From Paraspadella gotoi (Eukaryota > Animalia > Chaetognatha), in the NCBI GenBank assembly GCA_051294375.1, contig CM119266.1, forward strand, positions 10,515,571 through 10,579,570: a stretch of DNA of 64,000 bases, given 5' to 3'. Position 1 is the first letter of the stretch, and each line of letters opens with the position of its first letter. The notes under the pieces were generated by a model. It did not search any database, had not been told where the DNA came from, and worked only from the letters and a program-made list of their open reading frames with translations. Both the position numbers and the translations under genes were made by a program. Shown one piece after another: positions 11,263-33,125 of the stretch.

Positions 11263-13777
11263 ATGGATCCACCGAAATTCGTAGTCGGTCGCCGCTTTCG
11301 TCGGGACTCGTCTCTCCAGGCAGCAGGTTCGCGTCGGCCGACAATTCGCGGTGACGAAGCTGAAAAACCCATGAGTCCCGAGCGGCCCAACGACGGGTCA
11401 GCCGCGCCAGCAGCGACGGCAGCGGCGACTCCAGCGGATACGGCAGCTGCGCCGGTGTCCCTATGCGGCGCCAAGTGGAAAATGGGAAAGAAGAGAAACG
11501 GTGACAAGGCCGAGACGGCGGCGTTAGGATTGGAATCGACGTCGCCCTCTCTCGCGCTTCGTCGGCGTCGTCGTCCCGGCGAAACGGATGAGACGGATTA
11601 CGGGGCCGAATTGCGGCGTCTCTCGGAACGGTCGAGGAGGGCGTTGGTTTCCTCGACGGCCTCGTCCGGATTATCGAGGCGGTCGCCCGATAGGGGCGCG
11701 GATAAAATTCCCTGGGAAGGCCGGAAATATCGGCGGCCGACGAGCGATTTTCCGGCGACCGGAACCGAAAACGAACGTTGGCGTTTGCGGAGGACGTCTG
11801 GGAGGAAACGGGAGGGAGAGAGAGTCGACGCCGGATTCGAGAGAGACGTCGATGGCGACGACGGAGACGATTTCGTCGTCAATGGCGACGGCGAAAGCGA
11901 CGATGTTCTCTCGCTTCTTAGTAGAGGGTGAGAGACAGAGAGTGGATTAATAAGACAATCATAAATCAATGGTTAATACTCGCAATAAAAAAAGGCAAAA
12001 CAAGGCATTTTTAGAAAGTTTCATGGCAAGAGAACATTCGATGCAAATCCAATATCAATATGCGTTTTCGTCCAATTTCTTCGATTCTTCTCTGTTTCAT
12101 TATAAGTTTTACTTTTTGAGGATTTTATTGTCCGACTCTGACAAACGTAATATATCAACCAATAAATGAAATCAACTCACCAATACCCAGCTTGCCACGG
12201 CCCACGATCATTTTTAGGGGCTTACCATTACCGGTTATAGGGATAACTCCTGTTTATTTACTTAAGAGTTCGAATGACGCCGCGTTTAGCCCAACGACTC
12301 GTCGACAGCTTTCCCTCCGAACTTCAACGCCGTGAGTTATTATCATTGACTCCACGTCAAATCCAGGCTGTTTTGACGGCGCGCTCGAGGAATCCCGTTA
12401 CGGAAAGGGTAGGTGATAGGAAGTAAGATCGATTTAGTCGAGTTACGAGACTATTGGGGGCATGAAGAAAGAATAAATGTGAAATGTGGCAGTTCGATTT
12501 TAAGCTGCCTCACCGCTGTCCTGGGTAACCCGCGCCTGGCTTAAATGTGACGGGTTTGAACAAGCCAGCAACAGGAGGCGGTCAGTGTCAGTTGGCAGCT
12601 CCGACGCCAGTTGATGAGTTTCCCCACGCCCCGGGTATCACTCCGTTGCCATAGAACTTCAATTCCAATTATAATCATTATTTTAATAAAAATATTTAAA
12701 TAAATTTTCCCACTATTTTCGCTCAGGCTTTACTCTCAGGCGTGATCTCCTGGTTGCGTCATTCACTCCCGACCCGGCGTCGCTTTGGCGGCGACCTCTT
12801 GCGGCGCCTTCGCTTCAGGCTTTTGGCGCCGGAAGTCATTCGTCGGGCGATGGACGAGAATCCATTTTTGGCGGAGATTGAGGAGATGTGGAGGTCATTG
12901 AGGACGGGGTCAGGTGAGAGTCGCGTAAAGGCAGTCACAATTAAGAGTGAGGTTCAGAAGATGGTCACTTTCGTCAGCAGGGCCGGGTTCAGAGTCATGT
13001 CTTGCCAGGGACAGCTATGAACTGATGAAGTATGAACTATGAAGTGATCACTAGTGATCAATTTAAAATTTTGAGGTTTGACGTTATTAGGCAGCAGGCG
13101 TTTGTGAGCCGCGCCGCCGAATGAAGCCCGAAGCCGACGCCCAGTGGACAGAAGTCGGGGGGAAAGGCTGAATCGGACTCGACTCAGGGCGCCGTCGGAC
13201 CGGATCAGGAAAAGACGGCGTCGTCGATGAACGGCGTGGAAGAGGATCAGAACGGCGCCGGAATGACTAATATGAATGAAAGTTCGCTTTAGTCTCCAAC
13301 GCCGCTACCGACGGCGCCCGCGACGCCGCTAGTGACGTCGCCCGTGACACCGCGGTCAATAAATCATTAATCGCTCGGACTCTCTGGGAGACGGTGAACG
13401 ACTTCAAACGGACGCACTGAACCTCAACAACAATAACAGCAACGAGAATAACAACAGCCAGAACGACGGTTTGGTTGACAGAGACCAGAATCAGAAAGGG
13501 ACCTTTTTGCGCACCATGTTTGGAAAATGAGAGAAAACGAGATAAGACGCCGACGAAGACGACGCCGGCTTCGCGGTTGAGGAAAGTTCGGCGCACAAAC
13601 CGCTTCTAGACGTCAGCCCCTCGTTGCAGCAGCAGATCGACGAATTCGCGGCGTCTACGGGAAGCAGCTTCCGGCGGCGACAACGCCGCGGCTGCAGCAG
13701 CCGCCGACTGATTGAAGGAAGTTGCGGTTGCGGGGTAAAGTCGAAGAAACCGCGTTGCGCGAGAGATAAACCGAAAG
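11263..13777 (+). CDS. Disrupted 5' part of a BTB/BACK-kelch-type gene (degenerate BTB/BACK-like exons with stops and frameshifts)
   Basis: First exon 11263-11928 (low complexity). BTB-like fragment CFDGALEESRYGK (12367-12408). BACK-like exon from 12727: ALLSGVISWLRHSLPTRRRFGGDLLRRLRFRLLAPEVIRRAMDENPFL. Exon 13091-13777 needs several frame changes. Confidence 0.5.
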
Positions 13778-13825
13778 GTAAGAAGATAATTATAAGAGAA
13801 AAAACAAAGAAAATTTTTGACCATC

Positions 13826-13856
13826 ATCTCATTTGCATATTGTAGTAAATGAAATT
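13826..13856 (+). promoter_or_regulatory. Octamer-containing distal element of U5 copy 1
   Basis: ATCTCATTTGCATATTGTAGTAAATGAAATT, with octamer ATTTGCAT at 13831, about 236 bp upstream of U5. A near-identical block precedes copy 2. Confidence 0.7.
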
Positions 13857-14066
13857 TATAATTACGTTATGGAATCTTTATGTGAAATTTATAAATTTTA
13901 AAACCTGGGATGAAAAACATTGTGGTTTTTAAATCATTTCATTTTCATGTCTAAATTCTTTCATAAGTTTAAAATACTTCGTTTAATCAAATTAATTCTT
14001 GTCGCGTAATTTTCAATCTCTGAAACATAAATTTTATTTATAGTCGCCTCAAAAATCCTTTTCGTT

Positions 14067-14180
14067 AACTCTGGTTTCTCTTCAGAGCGCACAAATCTTC
14101 TGCCTTTACTAAAGATTTCCGTGGAGAGGAACACTCAAAGAGTGTTTCTTTATTTATTTCTGCCCGAGTAAAACTCGGGT
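14067..14180 (+). ncRNA. U5: U5 spliceosomal snRNA, variant copy (loop 1 GCCUUUAC)
   Basis: ACTCTGGTTTCTCTTCAGA-GCGCACAAATCTTCTGCCTTTACTAAAGATTTCCGTGGAGAGGAACA matches the metazoan U5 5' domain. 3' hairpin CCCGAGT-AAA-ACTCGGG. Confidence 0.9.
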
Positions 14181-14208
14181 GATTAAACTATGGCCTTTGG
14201 TTCTTTAG

Positions 14209-22819
<8,611 letters not shown>

Positions 22820-23035
22820 GATCTGGCCAAATGTCAGTTCATTGTCAGTTTGTTAAATTTTATTTAATTATCCAATGATATGAATTTCTAACGAAATAAT
22901 TTTGCTTTATCTTATTTTTAAGTATAGGGCCTAGTGATAGATAAAATACCGATTATGATCGAATAAGACGTTTTTGAAAATATTCAATGACTTTGGAAAG
23001 ATCAAGGCCANNNNNNNNNNNNNNNNNNNNNNNNN

Positions 23036-23854
23036 GCGTGACGACTGTCTGCTGCTGGCGGGTGAGTTCTTCACTGGAGCTGGGGAAGTGGGTAGTTCTT
23101 TACAAATTAAACTCAGTTTTATGTTTTTATTTCAAAATTTAGTCACCGAAATTTGTCACGTAATTCACCACCCCCACGGACACTCCCCCTGTTCACATCC
23201 AGTGGCATGAGCATCGTCTCCGGACGGCGGACTCCCGACTCCAGTCTCCACTTAGACGTTGACCTCTATCACTCGACGATCGGACAGTGGATCCTGCATC
23301 TCAAATCTATCGTTGAGTCGGCGCCGGGGAGAAAAAGTGCCGTTCTTTCTTCTTCTTCTTCTTTCTTTCTTTCTTCTTTTTCTATTTATCTTCTCATCTA
23401 TCTTCTTCTATCTATCTACTTTCTATTATCTTTCTTCTATCTTTCTTTATCTGTCATATTCATCTATCATCTATCTATCTATCTATCTATCTATCTCGCG
23501 TTCTTTTCGTACTCCCTTAGTTCCGCGACCACGACAGGCGTCGGACCGATACAAAGGTCGAGTCTTTAATCTGGGAGGATTCAACACTACGAAGGAACCA
23601 CGTTCCCATTGAAGTACGACTCTCATCGATAAAGAAGGAGCAGATACGTAGGAGAAGGAAGCGCGGAGACAATGGGCCGGATAAGTGTAGCCATGGAGAG
23701 GATGGCCAAGATAGAGAAGAGAAGAAAGAAACGAGAGCGTGGAGAAAGAGGAAAACGAGAAAAGAGAGAGGAGAGGAAGGGGAATGGAGAGAGGAGAAGA
23801 GAAGAGAGAGAGAGAGATGAGAGAGAGAAGATGAGAAGAAACGAGAGGAAGGAA

Positions 23855-23900
<46 letters not shown>

Positions 23901-24361
23901 AAAGACATAAAGACAGAAATACATAACTGACAGAAATCAACGGAGATAAAAAAGTAAACGGACAGACAGACATTAAAAAACAGACATAATACAGACAGAC
24001 AGACAGACAAGATTACAGGAAAACCTAGCGCTCATTTATCCACAGGTGGTCCCCGGAAATGGCGCCACGTGTACCGTGGAGTTGGACGCACCGGCATTGG
24101 CTGCTGCTGCGTCCCTGCCGCCGCTCCGAGGGAGGGCGTCATTATCAGTTGTGAGATTCTGGCCAAAGTCCAGTCATCATTGTCAGTTTAATTACAATTT
24201 TATTTAATTATCCGGACCACCTATGACCTCACTAAATTTTCTAACGAAATAATTTTGCTTTATCTTATTTTTAAGTATAGGCTAGTGATAGATTAAATTA
24301 CCATTATGATCGAATAAGACGTTTTTGAAAATATTTCAATGATTTGGAAAGATCAAGGCCA
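23036..24361 (+). other. Error-rich second copy of the kelch gene 3' end (21926-23010); likely assembly or gap-fill artefact
   Basis: Starts right after an N-gap and repeats exons, introns and 3' flank collinearly with scattered 1-nt indels. It ends in the same ttggaaagatcaaggcca that precedes the gap. Confidence 0.8.
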
Positions 24362-24398
24362 TGGAGTCAAGAGACAGAAAGAGAAAGAAGAGGAGAGA

Positions 24399-24464
<66 letters not shown>

Positions 24465-24813
24465 AAGACCAGAGAGAAGAGCGCCTTCCACATAAAAGGC
24501 GGAGAAAACATGGAATAATAGAGAAGGTTTCGTTTTGACGTAGCGCCAACAACGCCGCCGCCGACCGCCGCCGACCGCCAGCGTCGACAAGGGCATCAGC
24601 CGTGACTTTCTGATTTCATAAACATGAACGGGGCCTTTGGGGCCAGCGGCGCTTTTCGATAGGAGAGCTCACAGCTTCACAGCCTCACAGACTTTTTTTT
24701 TTAAGCTGAACCTTTCTTTGTCGATTATTTTTTTCTTAATCTGTTATTTGACGTTTTGCGGAAAAGTAAAAAGCTGCGATCAGCTTATCTCTATTTCTTC
24801 CTAATTATTTATA

Positions 24814-24883
24814 AAATTGATACAACCGAAATCAAAGTTATCCATTCATTCAATAAATAAGCTTTCTGGTCCGTGACTTTGGA
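24814..24883 (+). repeat. Dispersed repeat fragment with a second copy at 57044-57112
   Basis: AAATTG..ACAACC..A..AAA.TTATCCATTCAT..AATAAATAAGCTTT.T.GTCC.TGACTTTGGA is shared by both sites. Confidence 0.7.
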
Positions 24884-25370
24884 CGGGCAATGGTGACTTT
24901 CGGCCTCCCTCCCTCTTAATATACATATAATATAGTATAATATACTAGATAATAAAAAATTCAGAATCTCACCTTTCGCAATTTAGTTTTTACAAGTTCG
25001 TCGATTTTTTTTGTTAGTTACATATATAAACTACTTGATACTATTTCTTTCATAATCTTAATCCTTCAATTAATCACCGTCATTTCTCTTTTCAATCACC
25101 GTTTTTAATCACCCCATCCTTGTAGTCATTTTAACATCATCCTCATTTTCTGCTTCTTCCTCCTCCTCTTACTCCTCCATCTTTTCAACTCTCACGTCAC
25201 CTCTCTCTCTTCTCTCTTCNNNNNNNNNNCTCTTCTCTCTCTTCTCCCGTCATGTTTTCGTAATTCACTGATTATCATCCGTTTAAAACTTTCATGATTT
25301 TTCGCCAGTCAGCGTCACCCGTCACCCGTCACCTCAACCGCGAAGAGTCACCCGTCACGACGGTTAAAGT

Positions 25371-25465
25371 CACTCCCGCCCACCGTCACTCCCGGCCACC
25401 GTCACTCCCGACCACCGTCACTCCCGACCACCGTCACTCCGGACCACCGTCTCTCCCGACCACGG
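25371..25465. repeat. 16-bp minisatellite (CCACCGTCACTCCCGR), about 6 copies
   Basis: Directly visible tandem array. Confidence 0.85.
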
Positions 25466-25852
25466 CCTCGTTTTCGGCTACGAGAAAATCGTCCATCGTC
25501 GTGTCGGTTGTGGCTTTGTAGGCAACGTTTTGGTAACATTATCAGTTAATCAAACGATCAATCAATTAATCAATTAATCAGATTCGTAAAATTGAATTCT
25601 TTCTTCGTCTCTTTCTCTCTCTTTGACATTTCGGTCGTAATTTTTTCATCGCCACTTCAAGATCTCTCCTATCACTCCAGCCTCTCTCTCTATCGCTCTC
25701 TTCTCTCTCTCCACTCCAATCAAACCCCCCATCACATCGTCGCGCGTCGCGCCATCTTCCGTTTCTCTCCGTCGCCCGTGTGACATCGGCGCTCCTATTT
25801 TTTTTTCTTTCTCTCACCGTCGCTTGGGGTGAGAGGGCGTCGTTTGCCGTTA

Positions 25853-25884
<32 letters not shown>

Positions 25885-26172
25885 GTCGGAGGCCGAAAAA
25901 AAAAGTATTCTCCGCCTCTTTTACGGATTCATAGGGATCATGGTTTAACAATGAGAATTTATGAGAGACACTCTCGGTTTTTCAGATTTGGGGGGGCGGG
26001 TGGGGGAGAAGAGAGGGGGGGGGAATCGGAGGACCCGCCTCGAAAACCTTCGCGCATCTTCTTCGAAACTATCATCCTTTCTTTTCTCTTTCTCTCTCTC
26101 TCTGGCTCTCATTGCCTTTGTCTCTTTCTCTATCTTTCTCTTTCTCTATCACTGTCTTTGTCTCAGTCTCTG

Positions 26173-26208
<36 letters not shown>

Positions 26209-26210
26209 TC

Positions 26211-26248
<38 letters not shown>

Positions 26249-27207
26249 TCTCTCTCTCTCCACTCCCCTTCCCCTCCCTCGTCACCTCTGAGAAATTCTC
26301 GAACGTCGACGAGCAAAATGGGAAAAAAAAGTCAGGTGACCTCGAGGAAGAAGAGGAAGACAACAACGGGACGACGACAACGACGACGACGACAACGACG
26401 ACGATGTAGACAGAAAGAGTCAACGAAGACGATGATCCCGTTGAAGAAATTCTGCGTTTAGCCTTTGGACAAAAAGGCCAAATTGAGGGAAAATTAAAAC
26501 TGTTGAACAAAACAAAATAAATATTAAGTAATTTATCAAAATAAGAGTCCGACTAGTTAACTAGATAACGATAAAGAATGAGAATATTAAAATGTCACCG
26601 GGTATCGAATAATTTCAGTCTTAGACCGACGCCGACGAAGTAGCAAATATTCGGGAAGTGAATGGAAGGAGCACGATGAGAAAGCTCGCAACATAACGAC
26701 GAGAAATATTTAAATCTGAAAAAAAAAGTTTGTATTCAATTATTTTTTCAGTGTCACGCGAAGAGGGAACCTCTAATTTCTTACATTTCCAAGGATTTAT
26801 GACGAACAATCGGTTGACCGACAACAACGACGACGCCAACAACAACGACGACAACAATGACAACAACGACGACAGGACCTTTGCTCCCCACCGCCATCCA
26901 TATCATGGAAATTCCAGTGAGGGATTTTTCACGAATAAACGGCGGCCATTTTGTTTTTTCGGTGTCGCGAAGGTGATTGTCACTTTTCATATTTCATGGT
27001 TGGAGCGATGATCAAGAAAAAAAAGGGGAAAAAAAAGAAAAAGAAAAAAAATTAGAACCCAGACTAGGGGGGTGGGGGCGGGGGTCTCTGGATTGGAAGG
27101 GTTGGATCGGGCGGGACGTTCTGAACGGGCAGTTTGAGTCAAGGGGAAGACGGTCACGAAAGGAAGTTGGATGCGAAAGCGACTCGCGCACGTCGAACAA
27201 GCGGGCA

Positions 27208-27255
27208 AACCATCTGCGAACCATCTGCGAACCATCTGCGAACCATCTGCGAACC
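27208..27255. repeat. 11-bp tandem repeat (AACCATCTGCG)x4
   Basis: Four perfect copies. Confidence 0.95.
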
Positions 27256-27455
27256 GATTGAAGGTCCTTCGTCGTTGAAAATATGGCGATCAGCTTATCC
27301 CTTGTTTCCTCTCCACCCTAATTGAGCAAACCCCCCCCCCCAACCTCACCCTCTCCCCCCAAAAAAATCATCCACCCCCGCCACGATCTCACCCTCTCGA
27401 CGGCGACCTTCTTCCCTCCCAATTACCGGAAATGGATTCTCGTCACCACGAAAAC

Positions 27456-27489
<34 letters not shown>

Positions 27490-27810
27490 TCCTTTTGACG
27501 ATCCCAGAGTCCATATTTCCTCGGCCCCCGAATGACCCCAAAGGCCGGCGGTGGCTCCGCGTTCCAAGGACCTTTCATTACTCTTCGTCCTCTCGCCGCC
27601 GCCGCCGCCGCCGCCGCATCTCCCCCGCCGATGACGCGGAATGACCCAAACGAGGGCGACCTCGATCGTCGCGGCGCCGACCAGCGCCGATCGGCGCCGC
27701 CCGACCGACGCCGAAGTTGACGCCGCGATCTATGGGTCCTCGGAGAAACAAACATTTCTTCGTCGCGGATTTTCACCTGCGGCCACGCCCATCGATGGCT
27801 TCACTACCCC

Positions 27811-27878
<68 letters not shown>

Positions 27879-29471
27879 ATTTTGCCTTCAAATCCCCCTC
27901 AATCAGTCTATAACTTTCACCTCTTTTCCCACCCTGCTCGACCCCATCCCACCCATGTACGAGTAGTTTATTTCATTCCTCTTCTCTCCGTTTTACTGGC
28001 GATTCTCTCGTCCCTCGTTAACTCTCACCCCAAACCTATTTTTCGCCCGTTCGTCTCTCGAATTCCTGTGAACTTTTTTTTTGCCCCCATGCTACCGATT
28101 ACTCCTTTCGAAATAACAAAACAAGACGAACTAATTAACAAATTGACTAAATATGTTAACTTATAAAGTTAATTTAACAACCAAATTTTGCCCTTCGCAA
28201 CTTCACTTTATCCCTTTTCCATTCAATGTAACATTTTTCGCGTTGCAAATTTTTCTTGAATATCGACAATTTTTTCGACATAGTCGGTACAAAAACAAAG
28301 CCGAGTTTTTTTGTTTTTTTTTCTACTAAGTCTTAATTTCTAAACAATTTCATTTCCTTGAATTTTACAAATTAAGGTTTAAAAAAATAATCTCAAATCT
28401 TTATCGCTAAAATCTCTCTCAAGTATTGTTATAAAACGGTGAGAAAGCTGAAGAAACAGATACTATAGCTGAATTCCGAAAGGCGGAAAGGCCAACCGCG
28501 AATTAAAATCACAGTAGTTTCTATATTAGCCTTTCATTGGGCTTTCCCCCCCACCCAAAACCCCTCATTTAAAATCCCCTTCCCCCGCCCCGACCACCCC
28601 ATCATTCACTTTCCCCCTTTTCATCCCCTTTTTCGCCCCTCAAAATTAATTTGGCGACGGAATAAAAGGAGAGTCTCGGGGGTGGAATCCCGTCGTCGTC
28701 GTCGTCGTCGTCTTTTCAATCGACGTCGTCGTCGTCGTCGTCGTCTTTTCAATCGACGTCCTCGTCGTCGTCTTTTTCGGACGCGACACTTGTTTATTTG
28801 CGAATTCAAGATTGGGAGAAGAAATACGAGACGCGAAATGAGATGGGCGTAGATCGATTTCTTGAGACAGGGGGGGGGCGGCGTGGAAGACGGAAGTCGA
28901 GCGAATGGAACTTGAAAGGGGAAGAAAGGGAGAGGAGAGGATAGAGAGTGAGTTGGTGAATGTGTGAGACGACAACAACGACGACAACGACGATGCGAAC
29001 AGACGAGGAAACGAATTTCCGTCGGAAGGAAAAAAAAAATCACCGTCACCTGGATAAATCTGTGGGTCCCTCCCTTCCACCTTTACCGCCGACGCCGCTG
29101 AAGCCGCCGCCGACGCCGCCGCCGACGCCTCGGCGCGCGCGTCCAATTTTCCGCCGCCATTTTGTGGCCTGAAATCGAGAAAAAAGATGTCGCCTCTGGG
29201 AGCCATATTGACCGATGGCGCGGCGACGATCACGACGAACGACGACGACGAAGAAGACGATGGACAACAACAACGACAAAGAGCGGACAAAGTGAGATGC
29301 CGAAGTGATATTCACAAATATTCACAGAGAAAGTGATTGTCAAGAAAAGTTAGTGGGAAACTGATTAATAATGTAAATATACATATTTTTTTTGCTTTTG
29401 ACTAATAAACTTTAGCGACTAACAAGGCAGTCACAGAACTTCACTGATTGGATCGGGACTCCGGCATCAAA

Positions 29472-29509
<38 letters not shown>

Positions 29510-29606
29510 CGACACCTGGGAAAATCGCCGGTAGCCACTTCAATTGAACCGACAAACAAAATGGCGAGAAATCCGCGCGACAAAAGAGCATCCGTCGTCG
29601 AGGACC

Positions 29607-29637
<31 letters not shown>

Positions 29638-32600
29638 ATATTTTCCAATCAACGGAAGAAGAGAGAAGGACTGGTGAGGGAAAACATTTTTTTTCTTCTC
29701 CGGCGAGGGAACGAAGGGGTTGAGAAGGGGCGTGGGGTGGGAGGTGGAAGGGGTGGAAATAGGGAAGAAGGGGGTGGAGACTTGAAAGAGAGGCTGGCGT
29801 GGGGAAATTATATAAGAATTTATCGCTTGGTTCTTAAAATTCATTTAAAATTCATTTAAGTTAAATGTAATTCAAGTAAAAATTCGAATAAACTCGTAGA
29901 AAACAAAACGTAGTTCAATATAGGATTAATTTTATTTTAAGAGCGTGCATTTTCTTTCACGAGGTTTCTAATTTCGTAAATTTGGTCAAAAGAAGCTCGA
30001 AGCGTGATTGTGAATAGTGATTTTACATTTTTCTTTCATTTTAAAAAAAGTTGTGAAATCCTGTTCGGTATTGACATCAAACTAGTATAAACCGACTCAA
30101 ACAATTCCACTAATTATCAAATAATTTAACAATTTTTTTATCACTTCAAAACATTTTTTTTAATACTTCATCAATACCTTTTCTCCCAGTAGTACTTTTC
30201 ATCCGAACGCGGGTCTGGCTACATATTAAATTTGATAAAATAGTAAGAAAAAAAAGTTAATCTACGAGAAAAAAAAACAACCAAAAAAACTAACCGAAAA
30301 GCTAATCTCGAAGTCTGGGCTTTTTTTTTTTTTTTAAACGAACGTGGGCCTAAAAAAACTCCCTCCCTCCTCAGAAGCCATCCAAAGCAAGGCTTTCAGT
30401 CTCATCAACGGCCCGGCCCCGCAAGGTTTCCTAATTTTCTTGTTCCTCATCTTTTTTTTGGATAATGACACGCGATTTGGGATTTTGGTTATTCGGCGAA
30501 AGTTTTGGAAAAAAATTGGAGGGGGGGTAGAGGGGGCGGGGTGATTTTTTTTTTGGGGGGGGAAGTATAGTGTGGGTGGTAGAGAAAAAAGGGGGCGGGA
30601 TAGAAAGTTAGTTTTTTTTTTTCGGAAGGGCGTGGAATGAAGATGAATTTTGAAGCTCATTTCCGAATAGGGATTTGAGATATAAATTCATATTTTCTTT
30701 ACATTAATTATATTTAAAGGATAAGATTTAATTCCAAGGAGAATTAATTATCATGAGAATTAATGCGACTTTAAAAAACTTAAATATTTTTAGGAGCGTG
30801 GGTCAGTGGTCACATTAGAATTAATAATTCTAGCGATGTTTAGAATCATGGATAACTTACTTACTATCGTCATTCCCTTAGCGACGAGAGCGATCACAAT
30901 GTCTTTCTTTCTGTCTTTCTCTCTTCCTCTCTATCTCTCTGTCCCTCATTAACCTCTCACTCTCAAACCGCGATTCCCGATCTCATCAAGACGCGTAAAA
31001 ACGAGAAACGAGGGGGACTAATCGGAGAGGGGACCGAGGCCTTGGGGGTATTGGGACCGGATCGAGCATATAACCTCATGCGAACTTCATCAAAGGCCCG
31101 AATCACCATTCCATTAGATGTCCCCTTATTCATCCCTAATTTCGGCGCCGAAAAAAAAAAATCCCTTTTTTTTTTGCGCTTGGGCGAATTTTCTCTCTCG
31201 GCCCGCCGGATCCGACGAGATAGAAAAAACATCATGGGAATCAGCGACTCCCGCCCGCCAACCGCAGCCGCCGCAGCCCGCCGCCGCAGCCACCCCCGTT
31301 CTGCCCCACCTCGCTTTCTCACCCTCGTTAATAATAATAATAATGATAATACGCGGCGCGGGCTTTTTTCCTCTTCCTCCCCGCCCTCGCTCCTCCTCTT
31401 CCTCCTCCTCTCCTCCTCCGATGCGGCCATTACTTCCAGTTGGGTGCCGTCGAAAAGGGTGTTTTTTCGGGCTGCGGCGGCGGCGGCGGCGGCGCTGCTA
31501 ACTGCTCCGCCGAGCGCCGCCGAAAATAGCGAGCGCTTCTCGTCGCCATGGAAACGCAGGGGGGCGGCGGCGGCGGCGGCGCGAGCGCGAGCGCGAAGTG
31601 TGAAAACGCAGGATATGAAGATGAGACCTTTGACAGGGAGGAAATTTCGCATTTCATTACGCGCGAATGGGTGGGGAGCAGGGTGGGTGGCCGGGTGGGA
31701 GTGTCAAACCCAAAAAGCGGGTCGTGGGGTTTGAAGCTTGCAGGGCGTCTCAAAAAAAAAAAAAAGGGGGGGCTCGAGAGGGTTGTCCGGGAGTCCGGGA
31801 GTGAAAAGCTGCGAAGGGGTTGCGTGAAGACGGCGAGGCGGGCGGCGGGCGGCGCCAACGAAAATGTAAAGAAGGTAGGAGTAATGAGCCGAAAAAATGT
31901 GGCCGTTTCGAGGAAATTTCTTCTTTTTTTTTAAGGAAGGAGGAAAAAAAAGAAGAGGAAAAACTAATTGAAACGGAATTAAAACATTTTTTTTTCCTTT
32001 CGGATGTGAAGGAAGACTTTGTTTAGTTTTTCTTTTAGTATCGATGGTAATAATTTTTAACCTTTTGACTGAATTGTTAAGGGGATTTAAATCAACAAGA
32101 TATCTTGATAACCGAGATTTTAATAATAGTTTAAAGATTCTGGCTCTCGCTTTTATCAAGTCGGTCGATATCAACACTTAATTGATTATCATTTTGATTT
32201 GAATTGATTAGATTTAAATTTTAATTGATTAAATGAGATTATTTTTAAAAAAAATCGCAGAAAAAAAGAATAACTGTAATGTGAACTTTGTTTCGACTTT
32301 ACAAACGCAACCACACTTCGCCGAAGACATCACGAAACAGTTGTTCTCGGGTGAAAGCTTAAAAGATCTCTCCTTGGACATTTACAGTCAATTTTGGATC
32401 GATCAATATTTAAAGAATAAATTTGAATTTTTTTATAATTTGTTCCGTAGCTAACGAGTAGTTTAACGTAATTTTTATTTCTTTAAATCTTGTGTAAAAA
32501 TATTTGCAAAGAGAAAACAAAGTCTTGAAAAAAAAGCATTTGAGTTTAGTAGCTTAATAAGAGAAAAAGTTAAAACGCAAACATTCACGATAGACACCGG

Positions 32601-33125
32601 GAAAACTAACTATCAAGATAATTCAAGATATCGCGTCTGGTTACGACCTTGAATTTTGTTTCATTCACGAAAAAAAGAAGAGAAAACTGAAAACCACTTT
32701 TCTGTGTTTGATTGAGGTCAATAATTTCGAGAGCTCGATAATCGATGTTGATAACGCGAAAACTCGTCAAGTTTTTAATCTTTTTATTTAATCTTGTGAC
32801 TTGGTGAAACTCGAAAAGACGGGCGCCGCAGTTTGTTTTTCGATTTCGACAAAAGACATGACGACGTTGCGGGATTTTTAAGACGAGTTTCTCAACTAAG
32901 ATAATATTGTTTTTGTCTGGTTTTTCCTTTATTCAAAAAGTGATTTAAAAAAAAGAATCTCTCACGACAAATAGATACAAATCGAAACGAACAAGCATTT
33001 TCACCAAAACACTGCTCAAAGATTGGCGCGCGCGTCCACGAAAGAAAAGCTAAAAAAAAAAAATAAAGGCTATTTATAAAAAAAATTTTAAACGTTCAAA
33101 CTCATCGCCGTCTCGTTCGATCGCC

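Noticed and set aside
13091-13560. Selenoprotein (SelenoP-like) reading of in-frame TGAs near a His-rich region
   Set aside because: TAA, TAG and frameshifts also interrupt the exon, the TGAs are not in Cys-like contexts, and I could not identify a SECIS.
30963-31934. Overlapping 130-230 aa ORFs on both strands
   Set aside because: GC-rich low-complexity sequence with homopolymer runs, no domain and no exon chain.
24400-32000. Conserved miRNAs or tarsal-less-type LDPTGxY peptides
   Set aside because: No match found by eye; a computational search is needed to exclude them.
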